From: a virus
Taxonomy: Duplodnaviria; Caudoviricetes
Virus record (IMG/VR): IMGVR_UViG_3300043173_000426
Span: 1-43,374 of that record
Strand: one strand, 5' to 3'
DNA: 43,374 nucleotides
Part shown: positions 1-10,100 of the stretch, piece after piece
Numbering within the stretch: the stretch's first letter is position 1
Layout: every line of letters starts with the position of its first letter
The notes under the pieces: model-generated
What the model saw: the letters and a program-made list of their open reading frames with translations, nothing else
The model's database searches: none
What the model was told of the DNA's origin: nothing
Translations under genes and position numbers: made by a program

Positions 1-3
1 GCT

Positions 4-300
4 ATGAGCGAAGATCGAATCCCCTACACGCCCATCAAGGGCTACCGCGAGCTCGACAGCGAGGAGATCGCCGACATGAACCGCCTCAAGGAGCTCGAGG
101 CGATGGTGCTTGCCCGGATTGCCGAGCTCCGCGATGCCACCAAGTACGACCCCCGGTGGATCGCCATAGGGCAGACCGACATCGAGAAAGGGTTCATGTC
201 GCTCAACCGCGCCGTGGCGCAGCCCCAGGGCATCGAGCCGCCGTCAATGATTACGACCTTCCGCGGCACGGATGCGCTCGGCGAGCACTCCATCGGCTGA
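4..300 (+). CDS. acb2: Acb2-family anti-CBASS cyclic-oligonucleotide sponge, allele A
   Basis: IKGYRELDSEEIADMNRLKE...PRWIAIGQTDIEKGFMSLNRAVAQP matches my recollection of the Acb2 pattern ([20 protein letters not shown]...[24 protein letters not shown]). The size is similar. Confidence 0.88.
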   Translation: MSEDRIPYTPIKGYRELDSEEIADMNRLKELEAMVLARIAELRDATKYDPRWIAIGQTDIEKGFMSLNRAVAQPQGIEPPSMITTFRGTDALGEHSIG

Positions 301-743
301 TGGGCAAGCACAGCATCCCCGCACTTCTCGTTCTCGCTTCTTTTGCTGTTGAAGCGAAACCCCCATGTTCGACGAACTACCATGAGGTCTTTGGCAACTG
401 CTACGCAATGAACCGTTTCCTTACTATCGACGAGCAATGGCTGACCCCGGCGCTCCCCGGCCTCCCTGATTACACAGCCTTCGGGGGCGGAAGTGACGGG
501 AGTGGTGGCGACGCCGGCACCGACGGCGGCTCTGCAGATTCCGGGGCTTCGGCCTCCGCTGACTCTGGCGACTCTGGCGACTCTGGCGACTCTGGCGACT
601 CTGGTCCTTCTGCTGACTCCGGCCCCGACCAAGGCCCAAGCCACGGCGGCGGTCGTGGAGGCCGGGGGAAAGGCGGTAAAGGTGGCAAGGGTGGCCACGG
701 TGGCCACGGTGGGCACAGCGACGGAGGGGATCATGGCAAGTAA
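300..743 (+). CDS. Putative secreted low-complexity protein (signal peptide, Cys pair, DSG repeats, GGK/GGH tail), 147 aa
   Basis: The ATG at 300 overlaps the acb2 stop (TGATG). The N-terminus MGKHSIPALLVLASFAVEA resembles a Sec signal. It is in frame with track ORF 156..743. Confidence 0.65.
   Translation: MGKHSIPALLVLASFAVEAKPPCSTNYHEVFGNCYAMNRFLTIDEQWLTPALPGLPDYTAFGGGSDGSGGDAGTDGGSADSGASASADSGDSGDSGDSGDSGPSADSGPDQGPSHGGGRGGRGKGGKGGKGGHGGHGGHSDGGDHGK
561..605 (+). repeat. 9-bp tandem repeat GACTCTGGC x5 (Asp-Ser-Gly)
   Basis: Read directly. The last copy ends in GGT. Confidence 0.95.
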
Positions 744-828
744 GCGCAGCATCATTAACTGGCCGCTCGCCATCATCCTGATCGGCTTCACCATCCTGGT
801 GTGGGGCATCGTCTACGGCTACTGGTGA
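733..828 (+). CDS. 31-aa single-pass membrane protein
   Basis: GGAGGGG RBS precedes the ATG at 733. The product MASKRSIINWPLAIILIGFTILVWGIVYGYW is conserved in the right-end copy with mostly synonymous changes. Confidence 0.75.
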   Translation: MASKRSIINWPLAIILIGFTILVWGIVYGYW

Positions 829-837
829 CGCCAGTCA

Positions 838-1236
838 ATGGTCTACAGTCAGCCCAGGCCGGCACGTTCACCACTCATCTGTGGCGCGTGCCGGGAGTGC
901 TGCAAAGGGCCCCGGGAGCTCGAGCTATTCGAGCCGTCGTTCATGTGGCACACCGAGGCGCGGGGGGGCAAGACCTTCCTCGCCACCCGCGACAACGGGG
1001 ATTGCGTGTACCTATGCTCCGGCGGCTGTTCTATCTACGAGACCAGGCCAAACGCCTGCCGGGATTTCGATTGCCGGGACTACGTGACGCACCCTGGAAT
1101 GTCGAGACGCATCCGCCTCCAGGCGGCCAGGAGAATCACAATGGACACCACCGTACACAACCCCTGCAATCCGGCGAAGCCAAAGAAGCGCAAGAAAAAG
1201 AAACGATCCGCTAACCCGCCGGCGGTAGGCCGCTGA
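838..1236 (+). CDS. YkgJ-family cysteine-cluster (Zn/Fe-chelating) protein
   Basis: CGACRECC...GDCVYL...CSIYETRPNACRDFDC motif and a basic C-terminal tail. Confidence 0.85.
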   Translation: MVYSQPRPARSPLICGACRECCKGPRELELFEPSFMWHTEARGGKTFLATRDNGDCVYLCSGGCSIYETRPNACRDFDCRDYVTHPGMSRRIRLQAARRITMDTTVHNPCNPAKPKKRKKKKRSANPPAVGR

Positions 1237-1241
1237 CGTTC

Positions 1242-1279
1242 GGGGCGCTGCGTGCCAGCGCGGCGCCCCTACTTTGTTT
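1242..1279 (+). terminator. Intrinsic terminator where the early and late arms converge
   Basis: Stem GGGGCGCTGCG / CGCGGCGCCCC (11 bp, one G-U pair) with a 6-nt loop, followed by TACTTTGTTT. Confidence 0.65.
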
Positions 1280-1610
1280 GCGTCACCGTGATGAGCTCGC
1301 GGAGCAACCCCGAGACTTCCGCCTGCCCTTCCCGCATATTCTCGAATCCCTTTGATTGCGTCTCCTCCATCGAGGCGAGTCGGCGCTCGATGCCGTGCCC
1401 CCGCCATCCCTGCTCGCCCTGGTGATCGGGGCCGTGCCAATCGTGGAGATCGGCGATGTGGTGCTGGGCGGTTTCGTTCATGTGGCAATACGGCTTGCTG
1501 GTGAATAGGTTCTGGAACAGCGGGCGGGCAAAGGCGCCAACAATAGCGGCGACACCAATGAGCAGGGCAGTAATAATTCCCCCCCATACGCGAGGGTCAA
1601 AAGCGTCCAT
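1269..1610 (-). CDS. Membrane-anchored protein at the end of the lysis region
   Basis: N-terminal TM helix and C-terminal coiled coil. AAGGTAGG RBS-like sequence upstream. Confidence 0.65.
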   Translation of the reverse strand: MDAFDPRVWGGIITALLIGVAAIVGAFARPLFQNLFTSKPYCHMNETAQHHIADLHDWHGPDHQGEQGWRGHGIERRLASMEETQSKGFENMREGQAEVSGLLRELITVTQTK

Positions 1611-1719
1611 CAGCCTACCTTAGACGAACCGGGGGGGGTGCCTGAGAACTCTTAACAAATATGCACGAAGGAGCCGAAGGCCATCAACACCAGCACGACA
1701 CCGAGAACCGCCAGCGCCG

Positions 1720-2049
1720 CTACTTTATCTCGGCCGCTTGCTCGCGCAACGCATTCCGATATTGTCGGGCGATTCGGATCTCGTCCTGCAGATTGACTAT
1801 GAGGGCGCCATCGCCCGGATACAAAGCCCCACTCTGCCGGCGCGCATGGATTGACAGGAGCTCCCGCTCCATTCGTTCCAGACGGTTGTCGTTCGCCAGG
1901 CGCTCCTGGTCGTTCCTGAGCAGGAGTTTCTGCTGGAGCATTGTCGTCGCCGTTTCGCCGGCGTTCGCGTATCGATCCTCCGCTAAAAACACGCCGACTA
2001 TGAGAGTCCCTATCAAAGTCACCCATGCCGCAATTTCCCCAATTTTCAC
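1720..2049 (-). CDS. TM plus coiled-coil lysis-region protein
   Basis: N-terminal TM (IAAWVTLIGTLIVGVFLA) followed by a coiled coil. The start overlaps the holin stop. Confidence 0.7.
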   Translation of the reverse strand: MKIGEIAAWVTLIGTLIVGVFLAEDRYANAGETATTMLQQKLLLRNDQERLANDNRLERMERELLSIHARRQSGALYPGDGALIVNLQDEIRIARQYRNALREQAAEIK

Positions 2050-2537
2050 AACTGGCTGGCCAGCTTCTTGGTGATCTGCCGGTCAGCGAACCACCAGGAC
2101 AACGCCAGCGCCGTCAGGTACAGGATCGTCGCAATGATACGTTCCTGCAAAGTCTCGGAGTCGTCCCCAAGGGTGAAGTAGATCCCGGTGGTAACGCCCA
2201 CCAGGGCGAGGGTCAGCAGCGGGCGCATCATGCCGCGCACCACGTCGACCGCGATAATCCAGCCGGAGTCTCCGGTGCTCCACCGCTTGCCGCTCTCGGC
2301 GTAGCTGGCCTCGAGGCCCTTCCAAGCCGCGGCGGCTTCGGCGCCCTCCATGTCGAGCTCCTTGATGTCGCGCGCGATCTCGGCCTCCTTGTCCATGTGC
2401 TGGAGCTCGAGCCCCATCTTGGCGAGCTCGTGCTTCTGGTTCTGGCGGTCAGTAAAGAACTTGACGCCCCCCGAGAGTACCGAGCCGATGAGCCCGGTGG
2501 CGCCGCCACTCATCACGCCGAGAATCAAATCCATCAT
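2046..2537 (-). CDS. Holin (3TM GTA-type holin-like)
   Basis: Start MMDLILGV after a GGAGGT RBS. Hydrophobic N-terminus, VRGMMRP motif, two further TM helices and a WWFADR end. Confidence 0.75.
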   Translation of the reverse strand: MMDLILGVMSGGATGLIGSVLSGGVKFFTDRQNQKHELAKMGLELQHMDKEAEIARDIKELDMEGAEAAAAWKGLEASYAESGKRWSTGDSGWIIAVDVVRGMMRPLLTLALVGVTTGIYFTLGDDSETLQERIIATILYLTALALSWWFADRQITKKLASQL

Positions 2538-2932
2538 GGCACTACCTCCAGTTGAAACGGTTGCTTGCCCAGGTGCTCCACCAGGCGCCGGAGCGTGGCG
2601 CGCGACAGCAGCACCGCGAGCTGCAGGGCGTCGGGGCCCGGCAGCTTGCCCATCCGCGCGCCGGGCAGAATGCACCCCTTGGTGTGCTGGACGATGTTGC
2701 CGGCGTGGATGAGGATGTTCGAGCGTCCCGGGACGCGGGTCACGGCATAGACCTCACCGTATTTCGGCGAGCGCACCCACCGGCACGGGTAGGTGCCTGG
2801 GGGGATGCTCGAGAGGTTGCGGCGGTTGTCCTTCCACGGCGGCTCCATCGTGAAGCACCGGAAGTCGCCGGCCACGAGCTCGCCGACGGTGCCCTGCTCG
2901 GAGCTGTCGAGGCGTGTCAGCAGTACGTCCAT
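2534..2932 (-). CDS. DUF5675-family protein, putative endolysin
   Basis: TxGEL...CFTMEPPW...SIPPGTY...VPGRSNILIHAGN...TKGCILPG pattern, adjacent to the holin. The ATG at 2932 overlaps the upstream stop. Confidence 0.8.
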   Translation of the reverse strand: MDVLLTRLDSSEQGTVGELVAGDFRCFTMEPPWKDNRRNLSSIPPGTYPCRWVRSPKYGEVYAVTRVPGRSNILIHAGNIVQHTKGCILPGARMGKLPGPDALQLAVLLSRATLRRLVEHLGKQPFQLEVVP

Positions 2933-3231
2933 CAGTTGCGCCGCTTGCGCCCAGCCGGGAGCGCGTCCCGGAGCTCCCCGAGAGCCTTCGCGTTTTCGTT
3001 GCGCGCCGACTGGATGGACGCCACCGCCTGGTTGACCATCTGGCTGTTCTCCACCAGGAGGGTGTTGTTCCACACGATGGCGCAGCCCCACCTGTCGACG
3101 ATCTTCTCACTCTGCGGATCCTTGCCCTTGAACTTTTGCCACCAGGCGCAACCGGCACCGAGGCATGGCACTTGAACGAGCGGGCAGACAGGACCGGGTT
3201 CAGTCTTTCTCAGCCAGGATAACGTCCACAT
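2932..3231 (-). CDS. Cys-rich hypothetical protein downstream of the tail fibre
   Basis: CPL..PC..AGCAWW...WGCAI followed by a coiled-coil tail. The start is uncertain. Confidence 0.7.
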   Translation of the reverse strand: MWTLSWLRKTEPGPVCPLVQVPCLGAGCAWWQKFKGKDPQSEKIVDRWGCAIVWNNTLLVENSQMVNQAVASIQSARNENAKALGELRDALPAGRKRRN

Positions 3232-4195
3232 ATTTGAGCTCCAGTGACAAGGTGTGTGCGTGCGTGCCGTCTCCGCCGGTCGGTTGACTTTGCTCGAACG
3301 AGTTGTTGCCCAGGTAGATCGGGTTAGCCGCGGTCGGAATATTCACGAGGAACCGCGCGTTCTTGGTGCCGTGGGTATGCGCCGGCATTTCAGCGATGGT
3401 CAGTTTATGGGCGCCGGTCTCAAGGCCCGAACCGAACACGGTCAGGAAGTCTACCGAACCGCCTTGGCCGACGGCGGTCTCGGTGATGCGCAGCGCCCTG
3501 TCAGCAATCCCTGTTTGTTTCGTCCAGCCAAGCGGCGGGGCATCCTGGTTGAACAACATCCGGGTGCCTTGCTCGAACGAGTCGTTTAGCCCCTTCTTGG
3601 AGAAGTCGGCCGCGAGACCGTCGATGGCCCGCCAGTTGGTGGCCTTGTTGGTGATGGAGAGGAAGCCCACGGCCACGGCCGAGAGCCCCGAGTCGAGCAC
3701 GCCCGAGTCCCATACCACGGTGGCGGTGGTGACGGTGGTGAACGCACTCACGGTGATGCGCCCGTAGAGCGTGCCGGCAGAGACGACGGCGCGCACCCGG
3801 CGCCCCACCTGGAAGGTCGTGCGCTTGTCGCCAGCCACCGAGAAATTTGTGTCGTCGACGAAGGTCGGCGCTGAATCGGTGAACTCAGTCCATTCGTCAG
3901 GGATCGCAGCGGGGGCCACGAAGCCGACTCCGGCGATGTTGTCCATCGTCCATTGCACCGCACCGCTCGAATTACGCAGGCGGATCTTGTACTTGCCCTC
4001 GAGCCATACCTCGGCACGGCCGGCGGCATCGAGCACCACCGGGTTGGCATTGCTCACCCCGCCGGTGCCGTCGGTAAACGACGCCTTGGGGGTGGAGCTC
4101 CCTTCCTCGTAGGTGTCGAGCTGGCCGCCGGAGAGCGGTTCGCCATTGCTGTCGAAGGCCCGGAACATGGGATCGCCCAGGTAATGTACGGTCAT
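3200..4195 (-). CDS. Tail fibre/spike with N-terminal virion-binding domain
   Basis: FDSNGEPLSGGQLDTYEEGSSTP...NANPVVLDAAGRAEVWL is a typical podophage spike anchor. The C-terminus has a collar-like PPLGW segment and HKLTIAEMPAHTH/HAH motifs. Confidence 0.85.
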   Translation of the reverse strand: MTVHYLGDPMFRAFDSNGEPLSGGQLDTYEEGSSTPKASFTDGTGGVSNANPVVLDAAGRAEVWLEGKYKIRLRNSSGAVQWTMDNIAGVGFVAPAAIPDEWTEFTDSAPTFVDDTNFSVAGDKRTTFQVGRRVRAVVSAGTLYGRITVSAFTTVTTATVVWDSGVLDSGLSAVAVGFLSITNKATNWRAIDGLAADFSKKGLNDSFEQGTRMLFNQDAPPLGWTKQTGIADRALRITETAVGQGGSVDFLTVFGSGLETGAHKLTIAEMPAHTHGTKNARFLVNIPTAANPIYLGNNSFEQSQPTGGDGTHAHTLSLELKYVDVILAEKD

Positions 4196-7100
4196 TGCTC
4201 TCTCTCCAGTCGCTCGCGCATTTTACGCACGGTGCTCGGGCTCAGTGAATCGGCGGCACTCTTGAATAAGTTGTTTCGCTCGCGCAGGAGCGCCTTTTTG
4301 TCGCGGGTCTTATCGGCCACGCTCTTGGTCGGGTCGAGCCGATTTTGACGCAGGGCGCGGTTGATGCGCGTGGCTTGCCGGCTCATCGAATCCATCGTAA
4401 AGCGCAGACCGAACAGTGCCGCGCGCCCCTCTTGGTTGATGTAGACACCCGGATCACGGCCCTCGGCGCGGATCTTGTTGAACGTGTTCGTAATCAATCG
4501 CGTCTCCTGGCGGAGCTCGTAGAACTCATCTTCGTAAGCTGTTCGCCGAAGCGGCAGCGAGCGCGTGAACCGCCGGATGATCGGACGGTCGGCCCACTCC
4601 TTGGCCGGGCCGTCGGGCAGTTGCGCACTGATGAGGCCGTCGGTACCCATCGTCAGATACATCCCCAGGGTGCCCAGGTAGCCCCGCACGTAATGGTCGT
4701 ACAGCAAGGGGCTCATGCCGAGCTTCTCCCCCATGAAGATAGCCGTTTCGCTCGACCACGGCCGGAACTGCTCCGAGGCTTCGACTTTCATCAGATCGTC
4801 CGGGATCACCCGCCCGCCGGTAAAATTGCGGTTCCGCGCGTGATCCAGCATCGGGCTGAATATCTGCGGGACCGGCGCCATGTTGAGTTGCTCGGCGAGA
4901 ATCACGCCCACCGCGTCGGTGAACTGCTTGCCGTCGCGGTCCTTGATGAACTCCAGGATGCGCTCCGGGATGCTGGCCCATAGCATGCCGAGCTCGAAGG
5001 GTTTCGGGATAAGCCACGGCTGGTCGAAGCCCGGCACGAAGATCACCCAATGCAGATCCCGAACCCAATCCGGGAGCGCGTTGTAACGGTCGTCGTCCTG
5101 GTTGATCCACCAAAGCACCATCGACGGCAGCGTGAGGCCGAGCATACCGCGCATGAGGAGCTGGCCGGCGGCCTCGCCGCCCGGGAGGCCGGGGGCGCCG
5201 CGGGCCGTGGTTTGCCGACCCTTGGTCTCGTAGAGCTCGCGCTCGAGGCGGTACAAGCCCTGCATTCTCGCGTTGAGGAACGGCACGGTGGCGATGAAGT
5301 TGCGGATGAAGTCCCCAGCGCCGCGCATAGCGAAGTCCGTTGAAACCTCGCGGCCCCGGAACGCGGCCTCCTGGAGTGACTTGCCCTCCTTCACCGACGC
5401 CTTGAACTCCGCCAGGCGCGTGCCGTACTCGAACGCGCTGCCGACCTCGAGCCAGAAGTCGATCAGTTTGTTCGGCGTGTTGAGCACCTTCTCGAGCGTG
5501 ATCCCGCTTCGCAGATACAGCGTGGCGAGCTCGCGCCTGGTGGTCGCCGTCTCGCTGCGCACCGAGCTCGCAAAGCCGCCGCCGTTGGCGAGGAACAGCC
5601 AGTAATCATCGGATCGCTGCAGCCGGTCGATCAGTCCCCGGATGCTCGACACGAACGGGATCATATTGGATCGACGCAGTAGCCAGCCGCTCGCCGAGTC
5701 ACGCAGAAGGTTGGGAATAAAGAAGTCCGGCAGCGCCGTGACGCCGAAGGTCAGAGTGCGCTTGAAGCCCTGCATGATGCGGATCACGAGGTTCGTCGGC
5801 CGCCAGCCAAACGACAGCATGGCGCGCAACAGCATCGGATCGGCAATCTCGAAATACTCGCGCCGGCCGTTGAACATCACCGAGTCGATGTTGTCGCCGA
5901 TGGGCGCGTTGCCGAAGGTGAAGAATTTCATAAAGTCCCCGAAGTGGCGCTCGACTTCATCCTGAAACATCGTCGTGCCCTTGCCGCTAACCATGCCGGC
6001 AAGCGGCGTCCCGTCGGAGAGCACCACGCCCATGTCGTCGAGGATCCCCTCAATCTTGGCCGCCACCTGGGCCGAGTCGATTTTAATGACCTTGGTATCG
6101 CGCGGGATACGGGTGGCGAAGCGCGCCGCCCCCTGGCCGCGGCGGATGAGCCCGTAGACCTTTTGCTTGGCGAGGTTCTGCACCGAGAGATCCACGAGCG
6201 CGGCCGTCGACTGCATGATGTTGTTGTAAATGTCGTTGATGTTGGCGGTGCCGCCGAACAGGCGCTTGAACGCCGCGCGGTTGATGAACCGCTTCTCGCC
6301 GGTGGCGAGCTCCTGGATGCGATGGAACGGCACGTAGGACTTATTCATCTCCTGGATGAGCGCGCGGCTTTGCTGGGAGACGATGCCGGCCTCCTCGTAA
6401 AAATCCATCATCCGGTCGAGGAAAGCCTGATAGTCCTTGAACGCCTGGACGATGCGCGGGTTTTCCCTGCCCTGGCCGACAAGCGCCTGGAGCTCGCGCA
6501 CACCGAGGAGCTTCTCCCGGCCCTGGCGCTTGAGCTCCATGCCGCGCATGCCGGCGAAGTACGCCATCGTTTCGTCCATGACGTCGGCCACCGGCTCGAA
6601 CACCTGGCGGAGCCCCTTGCCGGTGAACACGATGTCGCCGTTGATCTGCAGCCCGATGGTGCCGTGCTTGAATACCGCACGCACCACACCGCGCACGCCA
6701 CGGATGAGGCGCATGACTTTGTACGGGGAGAGATCGGCGTCACCGATGTCGCCCTTGATGGTGCGCTCGAGGATCTTCACACCCTGGAGCTCGTCGAGCG
6801 TGTTCTCAATCGCCCGGTCGTCAAACTTGTCGGCGGTCTCCTCGAGCGCGAACCATAGATCCTGGACCCGCCCGCTGAACGTAGTGTCGGTGCCGATCTT
6901 CGAGAGTGCACGATTCAGCGCCCCCTGGCGGAACCAAGCGTGCATGTCGGCCTGGGCGCGAACTATCGCGTCCTCGAACTTGGACCCGCTGATGAGATTC
7001 ACGAACTCCTCGTAGAAACCTGGAGCGCGGGTGATGGCCTCCTCCTCCTGGGTGAGAAACAGGCGCAGGAACTCGGCGAATCCCTCCTCGAGTGATTTGA

Positions 7101-10100
7101 CGTCGTAGCTCAAGCCCCGTACTTCATCGCGGAATTGCTTCGAGCGGTAGGCGAAGGAGAAGCGCGAGTCGGTGTCGTCAAGGAAGTGGCCGAGCTCGTG
7201 GGCAACGACCTCGAGATCGTTGTTGTGCCGGATGCGGAGCTCCTCGATGTGGTCACGGTAGAACCCGAGGCGCGACTTTTGCCCCTTCACGCGGCCCTGA
7301 TAAATCTTGATGCCGAGATCGCGCTGCACGCGGGCGAGGATGCGCTCGCGCCGCAACGGCTTGTCCGGGGCGATGGGCGTCTTGAGCTTGCCGAACCCGG
7401 ATGGCGGCTTTTTCGGTGCCCCTGGTTGCGGCTCCACCAGCTGGGCCTCAACGATGAACCCCTTGTGCTTGACGCCAGGCTGCGCCGCGCGCGTGCCGGG
7501 GCCGAGGGCGGCACCGACGGCGGCCGGCGTTGTTTGGCTGATGCGGAACATGATCGCGCGCGTGGCATCGAACTGGAATCCGAACTGCCGATAGAACTTC
7601 TCGAGGCGCTTCTGCGCCCCCGTCGGGGTGAGGTTGGGCCCGCGTGGCGTGAAGTCTCCGGGTGCCTGTGGCATGAGCGTCACGGTGCGCCCGAAGCGGT
7701 CAGCGTGCACGATGAGCTGCCCCATGAAGCGCGTCCCGACGCCGGCGCTGCGGGCCTTGCGCGGGAGCTCCACCAGGTCGAGCGACAGATCGCCGTCCAT
7801 GTCCTCGGTGATCTGCACCGTGCCGCCGGCCTCGATGATGGTGCGGCGCACGAGCTCGAGGCTGCGCTCCTCGAGATCGACCTCGGGCTCCAACCCCGGG
7901 GGCACGTCCGTCATGTCGAAAGTTGGAGGCACCCCGCCGGCATGCGAGGGTTTTATCAGCGCCCAACCCTTCTCACTGAACGAACCGATGCCGGCGTCGG
8001 CGGCGTTGGAGATAAACGCATCGAGAACTTCAATCTGACTGCTTTTCAAGAACGTGCCGACATTCAGGATCGCCGCTATTTGCTCAGACAGGATTGTGGG
8101 AACGGCGCTCGGGCCGCTATGGATGATGGCGGTGGCGGCGTTGTGCTGAACGATGGCCCGGGAGAGCCGACTCGCGCCGGTACGAATGTCGTCAGTGCGC
8201 AAGCGGGCCATCTCCTCCAGGCTCATTTCAAGGAACACGAGCGGCACGTTTTGATTGTCCAGCAGGACCACCCCGTCGGGATACTGCTCTTGGATTTTCT
8301 TAACGATGACCCGGCCCTTGTCGGAGCTATTGATAGGACCGAGCTCCTGTTCGGCGCCTCGCACGCGGCGGATGCGGCGTTCGACGACAGGGATAGGCAC
8401 GTTGCGGCGGCCTGGTGGGATCGGAACACGTACCTCCGGCCGGAGGAGATCCAACTCAACCGGCAACACGCTGGCGCTGCGCACATCCGGGGCAACGACA
8501 ATACCGGCCATCACCTGGATGCCGGTGCCGCGGAGCAATTCAGCGAGCGCGGCGGTGGTGTTCTTGTCGGCCGTGCTCTGCTTGAGCCCGCCCGAGGGAT
8601 GGTTGTGAGCGAACCACACCTTGGCTGCCCCGGGCGTCTCGAGCACGGAGCCGGCCACGATTCCGGGATCGGTATCGGCGGTGGTGCCGGCCGCGACGTC
8701 GGCGATAGAGCCGGCAACGAGAGCCTTATCCACCTGGGCGGCGTTCACCCGGCCGATGGAGTGGCGGATGATGCGGAGGATCTGGCCATTCTCGTTCGTC
8801 ACCAGCGCGATGAACGACTCCTGAGCATCCTTGCGGTGCGGCGCGACGACGTGCACGGCATCCTCGATAGTGACCACCCGAGAGATGGCGGAATGGAAGG
8901 TGCCGGTGCGTACCTGTTTCACGCGGGGCTTGCCCAGGCCGGGCACGACAGCGGTGCCGGTGCCCGTCGGTTTAGCGGCGGCCTTTTTCAGTGCGGCGCC
9001 GAGAACAGAAGGGCCCTTGAAAATCTTGTCCTCATCGAGACCTTTCGGCTTCGGCTTGCCCTCGGGGGCGAACAGATCGAGCTGCCCCTCGGCCTCGAGC
9101 TTCTCTTTGTCGGTGAGCTCGTCGCCGTTCTCATCCTCCCTGACGACGTAGGTCGTTCCGCCCTCACTGACGATCCCGGGGCCGTCCGTCTCGATGTCCT
9201 CGCCCCCGGGCTTGTTCATCTCGACGATGCGGCCCTCGACGTTGCTGCGCTGCGTGACCGTGCGATCCGCCAGCTGGCCCGACTCGAGCCCGACGACGGT
9301 GCCGCCGTTGTCCTCGAGCCATTGCCGGAACTCGGTCTCTACCTTGCCCTTGGAAAAGAAACCGTGCGCGCTCATCACGGCCACCAGGCGCCCGCCGGGC
9401 TCGAGAAGCTCCCAGGCATGGCGAACGTGCGCGATGTCCTGGTTGTTCGAGAACGGCGGGTTCATCACGATGATGTCGTGCTTGGTGCGGTACTCCAGGA
9501 AGTCCCGTTGAACGACCTTGACGGCGTGCTTGTGGGCGAGGGCGCGCGCCTGGGCATCGAGCACCTTGACGAGTTGTGGGCTGCGCTCGAGGGCGGTGAT
9601 GGTGATGTCGTCGAAGCCGGCGTAAATCTCCGCCATCTGTTCGACGATGTTGCCGGAGCCGGCGGATGGCTCGAGCACGGAGTCGCCCGGTTGCCCCTCC
9701 TGGGCCGGCTGGGCGTCGGCCTGCTCGACGAGCTCACCAGCGAGATCGGAGGGCGTCGGGAAGAAGTCGATCCCGACTCCCTTCACCCCCACCAGGTCGC
9801 GCTTGAGTTTGTCGAACTCGCGGCGTGCCGTGATGATGGGATCGGTGGTGGGGCCGGCGGCCTTGAGCGAGATCAGCGCGGCCCGCGCCTCCTCCCACTT
9901 CTCTTGAGTGCGGAGCCCTGCGTTCTGAGCCCGCTTGTGCGCCTTCTCATCGAACTTCCCCGTCGGGACATTGACCGAGCGGAGATCCTCGACGAGGGCC
10001 TTCGATTTGACGTTCGCCAGGATGATGGGCAAGGAGCCATCTTCGACGGCATCGGCCATCGCGCGCAGGTTGGCCTGGATGCTCTCGAGGCGCCGGCCGT

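Larger units (their letters stand above)
1..988 (+). repeat. Imperfect terminal direct repeat, left copy (includes the extra gene 300-743)
   Basis: 1-93 is identical to 42835-42927 and 913-988 is identical to 43299-43374. The sequence between is diverged and has an insertion of about 430 bp. Confidence 0.95.

Noticed and set aside
1-988. True T7-like direct terminal repeat or prophage att sites
   Set aside because: The copies are not identical and differ by a whole gene. There is no integrase or flanking host DNA.
1652-2026. Overlapping minus-strand ORF as a nested Rz1-like spanin
   Set aside because: It has no N-terminal lipoprotein signal, and its hydrophobic stretch and Cys are at the extreme C-terminus.
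3200-3400. Possible DGR target at the tail fibre C-terminus, or DGR-like variation between the acb2 copies
   Set aside because: No reverse transcriptase or template repeat was seen, and the acb2 differences are not adenine-specific.
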